The notes: generated from the letters alone by a model not told the origin. 64,000 nt of DNA from Octopus sinensis (GCF_006345805.1 NC_043000.1:45818001-45882000), one strand, 5' to 3'; positions 13,760 through 27,410 are shown, counted from the stretch's first letter. Made by a program: numbers and translations.

Positions 13760-14085
13760 CATCATCATCATCATCATTTAACATCCGCTTTCCATGCTAG
13801 CATGGGTTGGACGATTTGACTGAGGAATGGCGAACCAGATGGCTGTGCCAGGCTCCAATGTGATCTGGCAGAGTTTCTACAGCTAGATGCCCTTCCTTAT
13901 GCCAACCACTCCAAGAGTGTAGTGGGTGCCACCAGCACGAGGGCCAGTCTGGTGGTACTGGTAACGGCCACACTTGAAATGGTGTTTTTTACGTGCCACT
14001 GCACAGGGAAGCCAGACAGCTGCTCTGGCAGTGATCCCACTCAGATGGAGCTGTTAGCACTCCACTGGCACGGGTGCCAGTCATC
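13760..14085 (-). mobile_element. RTE-tail retroposon (family D) with (GAT)n tail
   Basis: Plus strand (CAT)n then TTTAACATCCGCTTTCCATGCTAGCATGGGTTGG...GATGCCCTTCCTTATGCCAACC; same as 47080-47490, 56260-56475 and 58020-58250. Confidence 0.7.
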
Positions 14086-15035
14086 GAATTTGATTAAATT
14101 TCGATTGTTTTTGTTATTCTTTGTTATTATTACTTGCTGTAAGATGGTGAGCTGGCAGAGTCGTTAGCTCACTTGACAAAATGCCTAGTGGTATTTTGCT
14201 TGTCGCTACAATCGACTAGTCCCCTTACCCAAAATTTCAGGCCTTGTGCCTACAGCAGAAACGATTACTACTTACTATAATGCCCTTACTTACTATAATG
14301 CTAAAGACACAATGTAAATCCAAGAAGCAACAAGAATTAAATATAATTTAGTAAACAGGTTTGGAATTATTAGCGTAGACTCATCCATTCTCAAAAATAC
14401 TTAACGCAAACAACCTTTTGTGACGACAAATATCCTAATCTAAAATGTTTTCACATAAAACAGTTGACATTACACAGGGCATCCTGCAATAAATTATCAT
14501 TCCTGATCACACATATTGTGCTTGGATAAATTATTACCATGTTTCATATGATTAAAAATAGTTTATTTTATTCCATTGCTTTTTGTACTTAGGTAGGATA
14601 ACACAGGCAATAAAACTCTTGTCATATTTAGATGCTTAGAACAGAGATGATTATACATCCATGTGTTCACTCTTCCTAATGTTCTATTGATGGAATGAAA
14701 TTGTTATTTTGACAAACTAAAGAACATTTTCAACCATGCTATCCCCATAGATCAACATTGTGTAATACACAATAATTTAATGACCAAAATATATTCTGAT
14801 ATTCAAAAGATTATTTTGCTTTTTTATTTGAAATTTTACATTTTTTCTTCATTATTTTTCTTTTTTCATCTTTTCCTTTTATTTATCTTTTTATCTTTTT
14901 TCACCACACACAGTTGCCCTGGTAAGTTAAATGTAAAAATTTATCTTCTGGTTTTGCTCAGATATTTTATTTGATTCTTTGCCACATACTTCTACTTTAT
15001 TTATTTATTTCTTTACATATTATTATTATTATTAC

Positions 15036-15075
<40 letters not shown>

Positions 15076-15424
15076 CACTGATTATTTATAGTTTCTTAGC
15101 AAGTTTAATCCTCCTGCTATTGTTATCTCGAATAAATAAATAAAAAAAAATCCTTCCTAAGTATGGAATAAATATATCTACTAACCATAAAATTCATTGT
15201 CTTCTATGGGCTGTTACACAGAAAATTGTGCTATAGGTCAAAGCAATACTGGCTCAAAAACATGGCAAGGTTGAGAAATTACCAATACCAATATTGATCA
15301 ATACATACCATTAGTGACCCTAAAGTATATAGCACAAGTATTTACATAAACCAAGCAAATTTTCTTTGAACATCTATATCTTTAGAATTATTTAGTTGCA
15401 ATACAGTGACCCTATCATAAATAA

Positions 15425-15465
15425 TGTATGTATATATATAAATATAAACATACATACATATGTAC

Positions 15466-15500
<35 letters not shown>

Positions 15501-15925
15501 CGTGCATGTGCTTGTGTGTGCATGCATGTGTGTACATGCATGTGTGTGCATGTGTGTATATGTGTGCGCATGTGTGTGTATGTGTGTATGTTTGTGTGTT
15601 TGTGTATAGCAATAAAGAGGTAATGAAAGGATATTGGAATTGGTATCTCTAAGAGCAGTTTCTATTGCTGATTAACTCAACAAAGGTAAATAACAGCTGT
15701 AATGGTACCGTTATTACTTTGATCCTTATATGCAGAACTGAGGTTTTTACTTACGGAGAAGGCTACTTTATTGAACCAATCCTTTGTTTTTAAGCACATA
15801 TAACCAAAAGAAAAAAAAAAGAAGCACAACTGTTCTATTGAAAATATTTCTTCATCACATAGATTTCTCACCCAAAATATATATGTATATGTATATATGT
15901 ATATTGTATGTGTGTGAATATATAT

Positions 15926-16012
<87 letters not shown>

Positions 16013-16096
16013 GTGTATGTATATACATATATATATATGTGTGTATGTATATATACATACATATATGAATATGTATGCATGTATGTATATATGTAT

Positions 16097-16131
<35 letters not shown>

Positions 16132-16180
16132 TGTTTTTATATATATATATGCATATATACATATATGTGTGTGTATGTAT
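15425..16180. repeat. Compound (TG)n/(TA)n/(CATA)n microsatellite block
   Basis: Direct inspection. Confidence 0.9.
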
Positions 16181-17113
16181 AAGCAACCCTTATGAGAGGC
16201 TTAATGAATATTAGCAGAGAAGTCCAATATATAATTCTATTTACTTTTATCAGATTTAACATACTTCACTTGGATCTATGGAAAGTTAAAAGCAGAATAT
16301 AGAAAAATATGTTACATAATATCACCATATAAGCCATATAAAAACAGAAAATATGATTATTTCTGTTAAATTTCCTATCAAATGTTTTAGATTATCTAGA
16401 AAAATTAATATAATGTAGTTACTTAATTTATTGCAAATTCACAAGCCTTTGCTGATTGTTTGTCTCTCACTTTCTTTCAGCATATACATATGTGTATACA
16501 CGTACACATTAAGAGAAAGAGAGGGGGAGGGGGAAGAGAGATGATTATGAGTATCTACAAGCAACAAGATCATATTATTATTAATTTCAAAAGGAAAAAT
16601 AAAAAACTTAGTGAAATATAAAGATGAGATGCATCCTATTATCCCCTTCCTAATTTCAAGTATATTACAACACGAACTATATTCATCATAATTTGCTAAG
16701 TATTATTTTTCAATTATCAAATTTAATATCTGTGTGTAAAAGCAACTGAAATTTCAAGAGATTAAAATGTATAAAACTAAACATCAGTACTTATAGTACA
16801 TTAACGCACTTTAATAAGCATATAAATAACAGATACAATCAAGAATAAAAGTAGTCTTTAATGATTAGATAACATATGGGGTGGAGCTCAGATGAATACA
16901 TTCCATGTACAGTAGGATGGTAGATAGCATGAAATGTTTAGTGTGTTTCACAAAGAAATAATTTATGGATTGAAAGTTAACACTAGAAGAAAGTATATAA
17001 ATCAATATTTCATTTATCATACATTAAATATTTACAAGCCATACTTGATGCGAAAGTAGTGATTATGTAGCATCATTGCGCTAGATCTCAATGCAATTAA
17101 ACTCCAAAATATA

Positions 17114-17329
17114 TGAGAGTGTGTTGAAAACTTCTTGGCTTTAAGAATATCACAAAAGCCCTGGTTTGAGGCCCAACATTCTGAGTTCTTTTACAGGTTT
17201 AGAAAAACTTAAGGACCGCGACAATAAGTGTGTGAATCTAGGAGGGGAATATGTTGAATAAAATCATAATTAACTGATTCTCCTGTATTTTCTTTTACCC
17301 AAAGTCAGGAGGCTTTCAGCACTCACTCG
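17114..17329 (+). mobile_element. Mariner-derived MITE (~216 bp)
   Basis: TA-flanked imperfect TIRs TGAGAGTGTGTTGAAAACTTCTTGGCTTT / AAAGTCAGGAGGCTTTCAGCACTCACTCG; retains the transposase C-terminus KCVNLGGEYVE*. Confidence 0.8.
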
Positions 17330-17829
17330 TACATGGAACTTAGGAAATAGTTAAAAGAGTATAACTTTGATCTATTTTCCAAGTGTATCTGAATTTCATT
17401 ATTCTTTCTCATTTTATTTCCATTGTATATTTCATTAATAAGTCACAATATGTGTGTGTATTATGCTTTTTCTGTCTTACTTGTATCATACATTATATTT
17501 TATGAGATTTAAACACTGTTTTTACCAGTGATGTACCTGAAACAGTGGACTTGATTCTACATTGCTGGCATAGAACCATTTGGTAATTTGGCTATCATAT
17601 ATATAAATACAATAACAATATGTTAAAATGCATGTAACATACATTCAGATATATAGCTCTGCGATTTAGATGTAACTGGAGACTGTTGAAATTTTATGAT
17701 TATAATTAATAAGAATTTCCTCAGAAAATACTTGTGAGTGTCTATTTCATGAAGAAAGGATGGAAAGACAACTATGATAAAAAAAACTATCTGTGTTTAC
17801 TCAAGAAGGTATATATATATATATATAGA

Positions 17830-18070
17830 ATGTGATCATATGACCAACTAGGCTATCATATGTTATTATACATCACTGGTTACAATATACCTTTGCATTG
17901 TTTTAGCCTGCAAATGACATTGCCCCACTGGCTAGGCAAGCAGACCAACATTCTCTACTGATCATATAGGGACTCAAGCAATGTGAAATGAAGTATTTTG
18001 CTCATGAACACAATGTGCCACCCTGCCAGGTAATCGAACCCATAATCTAGCGTAGCCACTAGGCAACCTA
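17830..18070 (-). mobile_element. Degenerate tRNA-derived SINE
   Basis: Minus strand GGGTTCGATTACC (B box) followed by GTGTTCATGAGCAAAATACTTCATTTCACATTGCT, similar to segments near 49530 and 60680. Confidence 0.55.
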
Positions 18071-18120
18071 CCTACACACACACATACACACACTCACACA
18101 CACATACATACATACATTAT

Positions 18121-18562
18121 TATGGCTGCTCCCTCGTTATCGAGTATGGCCATTGCACGAAGCTTAACTGTTACTGGTGCTGTGATCGAATGGGACTTTT
18201 AAGCCCAGCTAAAGATCTACAATGTCTTGTACAGAATTGGCAACTTAAAACTTTACCAGTAATAGCCGGCTGTAGTTGTAACTGGGCTTCATGTACCTTT
18301 GCATGTACCTGCCGAATTACACTCTCTTCCACATGCCCGACAGATATGATTAGTATGGTGTGTTACACCACCACCAGTGGCCAGGTTGTGACTCATCTCT
18401 CTCGCTTTATGACTACGAAGATGACTCTTGAGTCCAGCTTTACTGAGGCAGGGTCTTGCACAGACATTACATGTCAGCATCAAAGGAAGACCCTTCCCAT
18501 CTGGAAGTGTAACAACGATGCCCTTCCTGACATCCCTCCTTACTTTCTCATGTGCAACTCGA
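18121..18562 (-). mobile_element. RTE-clade LINE 3' end with C2H2 zinc fingers
   Basis: LTCNVCARPCLSKAGLKSHLRSH and HICRACGREC; 3' tail TTAAGCTTCGTGCAATGGCCATACTCGATAACGAGGGAGCAGCC shared with the element at 27768. Confidence 0.75.
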
Positions 18563-18568
18563 GATACA

Positions 18569-18599
<31 letters not shown>

Positions 18600-18699
18600 G
18601 GGCATGTGTTGAGGAGGGATGAGGAGCATATTCTGAGGTGGGGTGGTTGAGTTTGAGGTAAATGGACGAAGAAAGTGAGGTAGACTAGTAAAACATGGA

Positions 18700-19538
18700 C
18701 CTAAAAGCCACTTGACCATTTTAAACTATAACTTTTTCACAATTAATTTTTCCAGGATTTTCATTTCAGATTATTGACATGTAATTCTTGGAAAATAATC
18801 AAAGAGAAATTCATGATAGAGCAACAAGGGAAAATGTTAAATTTTGTCTACAAAAATCAACAATCAATTGTGCTAATCCAAAGAGCTTCCATTTATTCAT
18901 CATTTTTCAAGTCAGATAAAAACCATCTATACTCAAGAACAGTGGTCTGTGATCGATTTACCATGTGTGAGAATATCCCATTCTGGGAGCTCTCAAGACA
19001 ACATTCAATTGGTACACTAGAGTAGTGAAGAAAAGCCTCCAACATCATCTTGGAGGTAATTCCAACAGCTGGGCATATCCTGAAGTTTATTGCAGAATAT
19101 TTAAAGAATGCTGAACTTATTCCCATATAAAGTGCAGTTGGTGCAGGAACAGAAACCATTCGATTGTCATGTATGATTAATTTATTCTGCCCAGATGATG
19201 AAACTCTGTATTCATCTGGCCCTCATGCTCACCAGATTCCATTACTCCAGACTTTTTCTTGTTGGAATATCTAAAAGACACAGTAAACTATAACAAACTT
19301 TAGATCATCTAGCAGTTTAAGGTAAAGAAATTAGAGGAATAAGGCAAGAAACATTATAAACGGTTATGGAACATGCTTTAGAAAGAGCTCACCATTATCA
19401 ACAACAAAATTATGTTCATTTGAAGGGACATAAGTCCCAAAATCAGTTTTTAAATGTTTTCCAAGAAGCGTATTTATAGTTTATTAAAGAGTAAATAAGA
19501 AGATTTAATAAACTTGTAGACACTTTTGGGCCACTCTG
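18700..19538 (+). mobile_element. Highly degenerate Tc1/mariner-superfamily element (DUF4817-type N-terminus)
   Basis: MIEQQGKMLNFVYKNQQSIVLIQRA resembles the DUF4817 HTH start; WPSCSPDSITPDFFLLEYLKD resembles WPPRSPDLTPLDFFLWGYLK; right TIR-like CACTTTTGGGCCACTCTG. Confidence 0.65.
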
Positions 19539-19599
19539 GATGTATGTGTGCACATGCATGAGTGTGTGTATGTGTGTGTGTGTGTGTGTGTGTATGTAA

Positions 19600-20050
19600 A
19601 CCATTTAGACCTTCCAGTACCATCAGCACTTTAGGCAATGAGCCTTCTCCAAACATTCAAATTGTTTGTTTTCCTCTTAGCTCCAGACAAGCTGACTTCT
19701 ATTGCCATCATATCATCTCAGAGCATAATGCACTACGTACTGCTTAGCCTTTCACTCTGTCTTTTTCTTCCTTCCAGCATCCATCCTATCATGAGAGTAG
19801 TAGGTCTCTGCTGTGCTAATTAAAGTTCACGGTCAATATACTGTGTCATCTGCTTAGTCCTCATGTTCTACAAACTACTCATGCCAGCTCTTCTCACCTC
19901 TTTGTTTCTCATATTGTCCTGGTAAGACATGCCCAGAATTGAACATAGGTGCTGTTGATGGAATGTGCCTAGCAACTGAGAGTTCTTTGCTGTCTTCTAG
20001 GCTTCACAGATATAGATGGTTATTGACATAACAAATATCACCATCACACC
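19600..20050 (-). mobile_element. Old RTE-like LINE 3' fragment
   Basis: Minus-strand translation resembles HQQHLCSILGMSYQDNMRNKEVRRAG...GWMLEGRKR. Confidence 0.5.
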
Positions 20051-20102
20051 AGCATTATTGTTCATTTCTTGTATTCCATGAAAATATGACTTTTCCTATA
20101 TA

Positions 20103-20804
20103 TATATATCAAAGTATCATTAGAGACAGAAACCCCATAAATTCATCAAATCAGAATATAAATTCAACCATGTCATAGAATATTATATTTAATACTTACT
20201 ATTCATGTTCAAAGTTGTCGACTACACGTGTTTCATGAGGTTATATACTATGTTCTTGAGACACCCAGTCTCTTACAGAACTTGCCCTTATATACAACCC
20301 CAATCTTCAGGTCCACCTATCACCCATTTATAATTTTATCTATCATTATATATTTCAAGTTACAGGTATATCAAACTATACAGATGTATAAAAAAATTTC
20401 TGATATCTCAAAACATATAGATGTGTAAATAAATTCATTGAACCCTGCAGTTTAAGCCATAATTAATTTAAGAATTAAATGTGAATAAAGCCTAAAAAAA
20501 TATATATAAATGAAAAATACATACGAATGAGAAAATATATGCAAATGTGGAAAAAATATATATACTAATGATAAGAAAATATAAAATTATAAGAATGAAA
20601 AACTTAAAAAGATATATATATCCAAATGATGGGCATGAATAAGCTAACACAAATGACAACAATTTAACATGAAATACGTGTGGTCAACAACTTTGAACAT
20701 GAATAGTAAGTATTAAATATAATATTCTATAACATGGTTGAATTTATATTCTGATTTGATGAATTTATGGGGATTTCTGTCTCTAATGATACTTTGATAT
20801 ATAT
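20103..20804. repeat. ~135-bp near-perfect inverted repeat around a ~430-bp spacer; probable inverted Penelope-type terminal repeat
   Basis: 20103-20237 is the reverse complement of 20668-20804; arms begin with GAAACACGTGTA-GTC (hammerhead stem-III-like palindrome); TA runs at both outer ends. Confidence 0.75.
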
Positions 20805-20955
20805 GTATTTATTTATTGAGAATGATTCAACTTAATATTCTTAACTTGAATATCTCATCCTTGTGACACTGGAATTGATATTCTCTTATAATCATATATA
20901 TATATATGTACATACACACACACACACACACACATACACACACACACACACACAT

Positions 20956-20987
<32 letters not shown>

Positions 20988-22442
20988 GATAGCTTATTCG
21001 ACTTTGAAATTTGTCTGATAGCTATGTTACTGGCTGGTTTGAGAAAGTTGAAATCATCAGAAGGAATAAATGTCACAAATACATGTATATAAGTCAAAAA
21101 TTGAAATAACTTCAATAAACATAAATGTTTATGAAGATTAATGATAACTGAAAAAAAAAAAAGTAAAAGCAATTTCATGTTTGAATTTAATTGTTGAGTT
21201 GATAATAAACATGAAATGAATGCTCAGGAAGTTCATTGTTTTTACAATTTTCATTCTGAATTTTTTTTTTTTGCATGTATGTATGTGTGGTTTTTTTCTT
21301 AATGAAAATAGCTACAGAAAATAGAATGATAATAGGAAATAGATTATAATTTAATATGTTAGAAGGCTGAAAACATTTATAACTGCCAGTAATTAGTAAT
21401 TTCTTTGTGGTAGATCAAGTGCCTTTGTAATCTTAATCTAAGAACATTTTATTTAAATCATGTAATGCAGAAGCATAGTGAAACATTTTTCTCATTGTCA
21501 ATGAAAAAGATGTTTCATTGAGTTAATATAACTGGAAGAAGTTTATCATTAAAGGATTATTATATCACTCAATCCTTCATTTTAAATTCTCTTACAACCC
21601 TTCTATTGAAATGATTATGAAATTGCTTGTATAGTGGAGAAGTAACAGTGTTTTGTTCTTGGTCAGCCCTAATCAAGGAAATGTCTAGTCAAAAGAATTT
21701 TTAAAATAACTGTCATGGCATTTTTTTTTATACATTTCAAATTCAATTGTCTTCTATGTTATTTTAAAATAGAGGAATATTTTGAAGAAATTTGGCTGCT
21801 TTTCCCAGCAGGTCAAGCTACCACAAAGATGTTTTTTTATAAGCAGGTGCAAGTAATAATGAGCTATGTAAAATTATTGCATTTTCAGATGTAATAGTTT
21901 GACTATTAATTCTTTGTGAATTATTCTCATCCAGATGACAGGCTGAGATCACTTTTAGTTGTCCATGTTTTCTTATTCCATTTCTATATGATTATATCTA
22001 CACTGAGTGTAGATCTTTAATATGGCTTATGATTTAGAGTACAATAGCTCTAGCTTAGCTCTGAAGAGAGGAGGCCATTCAGTGAACACCAGCACCATCA
22101 TATCAGAAATACGGAGGAAGGGCAACTAGCTTTAGAAAAATCTCTCTCAACAAATTCCAGCTAGCACATACAAGCATGGAAAAGTGGATGTTAAAAAATG
22201 ACAATAAAGAAGACACACACACAAATATGTACAATATATATATATATATATATATCTATATATATATATATCTATCTATATATATATATATATATATATA
22301 TAGTGAGGGTATGAGGGGTATTGGTATATAGAAGACCCAAAGAGTGGCAGGTAATGCTAAGTAAGTGCTATGGACAGACCATAGTTAAACTCTTGGTTTG
22401 AGTGATACGAGTGAGGAGTCTAATGTGGGTCTTGTATTAGCA

Positions 22443-22492
<50 letters not shown>

Positions 22493-22639
22493 AGCATATT
22501 GGACTATGAAATACACAGGCACACACATGCATGTGCATGTTTTTATATATCTCCACAGATATATACATACATATACACCCTCCTGCTTCCTTTTCCTGTT
22601 TCCAAAGAAGAGCTTTACTCAAAACATAAAACAACCACC

Positions 22640-22674
<35 letters not shown>

Positions 22675-22771
22675 TCCCTGAGCATCTTATTGATACTTTG
22701 CATGTACCACATACATGTGTTGTTTGTTTTCTCCATTTTTTTTATTGATTATATATTCACATCCCTGTGCA

Positions 22772-22814
<43 letters not shown>

Positions 22815-23370
22815 TGAGCTTCCAACCAATTTCTGTCAGTAATTTTCACTCATGTGGCATTGATCAACCCAAGGGTTTTAGTAGAATATTCCTGATGTAG
22901 ATGCTATGCAGTGGTAAGAATCCGTAAACCAAGTGTCTGTGATATAAACATTTTAATTACATACCTATATGTGCACCTGTATATCTAATGAATTATTATA
23001 TAGAATACAAGATTTCCACAAATGTTATATATATATATCTTATATGTTTTTCTCCTTCATACTAATAATTTATATGTTATAATTGTTAATGATGTTGAAT
23101 GTTGTTTGTGGCAATAATACTGGTGATGGTAATGATTGCAGTGGTGATGGGGATGGCAATGGTTTTGCAAAAGCAAAATGACAAGAATAACAATAAGTAA
23201 TGATAACAGTGATGATGACTGATTATGATGGTGTTTGAAAGTTGTAGCGGTTATGTTGCCAGTGATTGCTATGTTTATTCTAATCATAGTGATTGATAAC
23301 GATGTGCATTATGCTGATTGAGATGGGAATGATGATAATGCTGATAATCGTGACGAAATATGTGTGAATA

Positions 23371-23772
23371 TTACTCTTTTACTTGTTTCAGTCATTTGAC
23401 TCTGGCCATGCTGGAGCACCACCTTTAGTCGAGCAAATCGACCCCGGGACTTATTCTTTGTAAGCCCAGTACTTATTCTATCTGTCTCTTTTGCCGAACC
23501 GCTAAGTGATGGGGACGTAAACACACCAGCATCGGTTGTCAAGCAATGCTAGGGGGATAAACACAGACACACAAACACACACATACATATATATATATAT
23601 ACATATATACGACAGGCTTCTTTCAGTTTCCGTCTACCAAATCCACTCACAAGGCATTGGTCGGCCTGGGGCTATAGCAGAAGACAGTTGCCCAAGATGC
23701 CACACAGTGGGACTGAACCCGGAACCATGTGGTTGGTTAGCAAGCTACTTACCACACAGCCACTCCTGCGCC
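23371..23772 (-). mobile_element. Octopus-type tRNA-derived SINE, family C, full-length with central microsatellite
   Basis: Head GGCGCAGGAGTGGCTGTGTGGTAAG...GGGTTCAGTCCC; central (TA)/(TG); tail AAATGACTGAAACAAGTAAAAGAGT; at least five further near-full copies in the window. Confidence 0.9.
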
Positions 23773-24231
23773 TATATTGTTCAGTTTGATAGTCTAAGTA
23801 CAATGCTCCTGCAATGAAATATTAAGTGTATTGGCACTTAGATTAGGAATAAGATACCTTTTATCTTTAAAAAATAATTTTGGGAGAGCTCAAATACTTA
23901 ATACTGTGAACTAAAAAACTTTAATAACTTGAAATTATCCGAACGTTTAATTGCCAAAGAATTACTGTAGAGAGGTTCTAAAAAATCTAAAACATGCAAG
24001 GGTGATAGCACAAGTAAAACCAGTTAAACGAAATATTGAACATCCAATAAATAACACACAGAAAATATGTTTTTATATATGACCCAAACTCTATTCAAGT
24101 GGTTCTTAATTGTTTCTACTAGCACCTTGAGCAAGTGTTTTCTACAATTCTTCTGTAGCTCTAGGCCAATCAAATCCTTGTAGGTGGATTCAGTACATGG
24201 GAAATGAAAAAAGCTTTTGATATGTATGAAG

Positions 24232-24380
<149 letters not shown>

Positions 24381-24435
24381 TAATGCCGGGTGATACTGCT
24401 AGTATATATATATATTGATATATCGGTTCCATTCT

Positions 24436-24489
24436 AGCAAAAACTGTCTGATGAACGGCAACGAGAAACTCAGAGTAACAGATTTTGTT
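24436..24489 (+). ncRNA. Type I minimal hammerhead ribozyme motif (Penelope/retrozyme type)
   Basis: Stem I AGCAAAAACTGT/ACAGATTTTGTT; core CTGATGA 24448-54; short stem II CG-GCAA-CG; GAAA 24465-68; near-palindromic stem III ACTCAGAGT; GUA cleavage triplet ending 24477; A.A instead of G-C at the base of stem II. Confidence 0.75.
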
Positions 24490-24532
24490 GAATTTTCTGC
24501 TGCTTTAAATAAAGTATATATATATATATATA

Positions 24533-24921
24533 CTAGCAGTATCGCCTGGCGTTGCTCGGGTTTGTTTCGACCCTTTAGAACTGGAATTTTTGAAAAGTAA
24601 AACATTTACATCATGTAGTTTGTTATTCTCTTTAAGTGAACATTTTCTGGTTGAAATACACCAAAACATGGTGATGTAGCAGTCAAAAAATCGTAAAAAA
24701 TAGGGATTTTCTTAGAAAAAAAACACCTTTTTGATGTAAATAATTTTTGGTGTTAACATGGTGCGCTTTGAATTTTTTCTTCTACGAAAGGAAGAACAAG
24801 TCTTCTTCTATCATACTCTCAATTTTGGTCAACTTGCGCTGCAGAGTCTCAGAGGAGATAGTGTTAATTGAAGGCTACCAAACCTGCCATACACAGACAA
24901 CTTCAGCTTTATATATATAGA
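24533..24921 (-). mobile_element. Non-autonomous Helitron
   Basis: Minus strand starts A|TCTATATATATAAAGC and ends CCCGAGCAACGCCAGGCGATACTGCTAG|T (GC hairpin + CTAG); A/T insertion with no TSD. Confidence 0.8.
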
Positions 24922-24949
24922 TATATATATCACTTGATGTAAAAAGTAA

Positions 24950-27410
24950 AAATTACCAGGAAAAACGTACAATTCAAAGTATTATTATGGCATAAAACTA
25001 TAGATTGTTAAAACAGTTTTGGACATACTTAATTATAATATTTAATTATGCAGTTTTGAATTGTGGGATACCTGTGCCTGATGTGTTTTGCTGTTGCTTC
25101 AGTATTTGGGCATATATGTGATAAGCATACCATCATTTCTTTATTAATACTGTAGAGTCTTTTGCTTCTTATTTTTGATATTATTTTGGACTGAAAATCC
25201 CAAGCCACTCAAATAAAAAGTAGAAAATTGTAGCAAAATTGATAAGGCTTTGTAAGCTACTTTGGGATATTCCTTTTCAATTGTAATCCAAAATGTATTA
25301 ATGAATATTTTAAAGTGATTTATTTTTAATCTTGCCATCACTGGAAATGGTTGCCAATTCCTTTTCTTCAGACAATTGAAGCCCAATGCATGATGGATTA
25401 TTTATGAAGGGATTTCAAATCCAGTTGTGCTTATCAGTTTCAATGATGGAAAACTGCACTCAATTTTTTTCCCAGTGCTGTCAGATGATTAACCATAATA
25501 GGAATTATTTCTTTAGTGAAGGAAACAGATCAAACTTACTCGATTTTGTTCTGTTTTTCCAAGTTATAATTTTCGTTTTGATAGAAACCAACTTATTTGT
25601 AGAGGCGAGAATATTTTCATTTCTTCTTTGCATATGTTCACAGCATTAAATTGAGTAAATATCTCTGCTAAATATTCTTACTTAGACATTCACAGTTCAC
25701 ATTGAAGATATTTACAGAATCTTTCATGTTTCTCTTTGTCAGAGAATGCTATTAATTCTTTTGTACAGGAACATGAGCTAGTACTTTGTGCTAAGAAAAC
25801 CATCAGATTTATGTATTCAGAAGTAATCGAAAGTGCTGAGAGCCAATTTTTTTTCCATAGTTGTTCAAATATTCTTGACTTCAAAGGTTTACATTTCATA
25901 TAATTGGTGATTTCAGTTACTTGGTTTAACACTTGCTTTAACTATTCTTCCAATATTTTTGAAACTAGACTTTCTCTATATAAAAAAAAAACAGACAATG
26001 AGTATGAACAAGATTTGGATTTTCTTTTTCCACAACCAAACAAAACCTTTAATAGAACCTACCATACATGATAGGCTCTATTAGGCAAACTCATGATTTC
26101 CAAGTTAAACTCATTTTTTTCATTAAGATAACCATGCCAAAAATATCTTGACCTGTTGTGGTTGCTGGCATTTATTTACAAAAATTAAAAAAAAGCTGTT
26201 TAATTATTCATCTCTCTCAATAAAACAAACAAAAACAAGCAATTGCGAATTGTTAATATCATCAGCAAATTTATCAAGAATTAATAAAAATTTAGATACC
26301 TGAAGTTTTACGCGACATTTTTGTTGAAATCTTCTGATAAATCTAATATTCTGATGAATTGTATCATTTGAAAGTGAAATTTTGTTACTAACTTCAGCTT
26401 TTTCTCTCAGCTATCTTTTTACAAGCTGGCAGGATTATTGACTCAGTTTGAATGTGAGATTTAGATTTTATTGCTATTTTATTTCAGCTCAGTTGAAATA
26501 TTTTAACTCCTTTCGGTCATTATTTCCTCAGATGTATTATATCGCTTAGATCACTGTTCTAAGAGACTTTGAAAATAATTACAATCTGTCATGTACATGT
26601 GAATATTTGGTAGTAAAACATTTTTTTATTATACTTGGTAACACAGATTTAATGGACATTTTTTCACCACAACCCATGCATAATTAGCTTGGTTGATGAA
26701 CATTTTCAGACCAAAGTCTGAACTTTAAGCAACCATCGGCAATACTGTCTGTTATGGTAACTTTTTTGCACCAGAGTTTGTGGTTTTTGATGAATGTTTA
26801 CTTCTAGATTCCTATCCATCACTATAACTTTTTTCTCTCAATAAATTCATCCATTATAGATGGCAGTGGATAAAGAATTTTCCCATCAACTTACTGAAAA
26901 ATGTTTAGCGTTACATTGATTTAAAGGATAAGAAGCTCCTTGTCTTAACCTATTTTTTATTGAAATAATCTGAATGTTATGATGGCTGCAATAGTTGTTT
27001 ACTCATTTCATTTGTTTTTATATATGGAATATATTTTAGCTTAAACTCTTATAAAATAAAATGTTTGCACGTACATAAATAAATTTTTCTGAGCAACAAA
27101 TGAAAATTATACATACACTGAAAGTATTCATCAGATCTTAATAACGACTAATCTAAAGTGAATTTAGTTCTTATTCATATATAATACAGAAGATAAAACA
27201 CAATAAAGTTTTTGACTTGTGAATGACTTCTTTTTAATTTACCCAACTAATATTTTATAACATGTATGCGATCTAAATCAAAATTTTAGACCATTTTTTC
27301 TGTATTCCCATATTTTTTCAGGTATGTCATTAAATTATTTCATTGCACATTTGATGAAATCTTACAGCACACCAGTATTGTATGGAACATTGGTGGAAAA
27401 CCACTTCTCT
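24950..27410 (-). mobile_element. Degenerate hAT transposon (Buster/Charlie, ZBED5/SCAND3-like transposase)
   Basis: BED-like LCMGCGEKMS; MLNQVTEITNYMKCKPLKSRIFEQL; C-terminal dimerisation motif FWITIEKEYPKVAYKALSILLQFSTFYLSGLGFS; TIR-like AGTGGTTTTCC near 27400; many stops. Confidence 0.8.

Noticed and set aside
18893-19271. Minus-strand frame with TGA-GCA-TGA suggesting selenocysteine or editing read-through
   Set aside because: The plus strand is explained by a degenerate Tc1/mariner transposase; no SECIS or homology support
22303-22445. Short insert between TA runs with hairpin GCTATGG-ACAGA-CCATAGT as another hammerhead
   Set aside because: CUGANGA and GAAA cores are not intact; at best a decayed relative
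24090-24112. Distal TIR/TSD of the hAT element (CTCTATTC|AAGTGGTT vs AACCACTT|CTCTAAAG at ~27400)
   Set aside because: Only an 8-bp TIR match and a 5/8 TSD match, with unrelated repeats in between; could be chance
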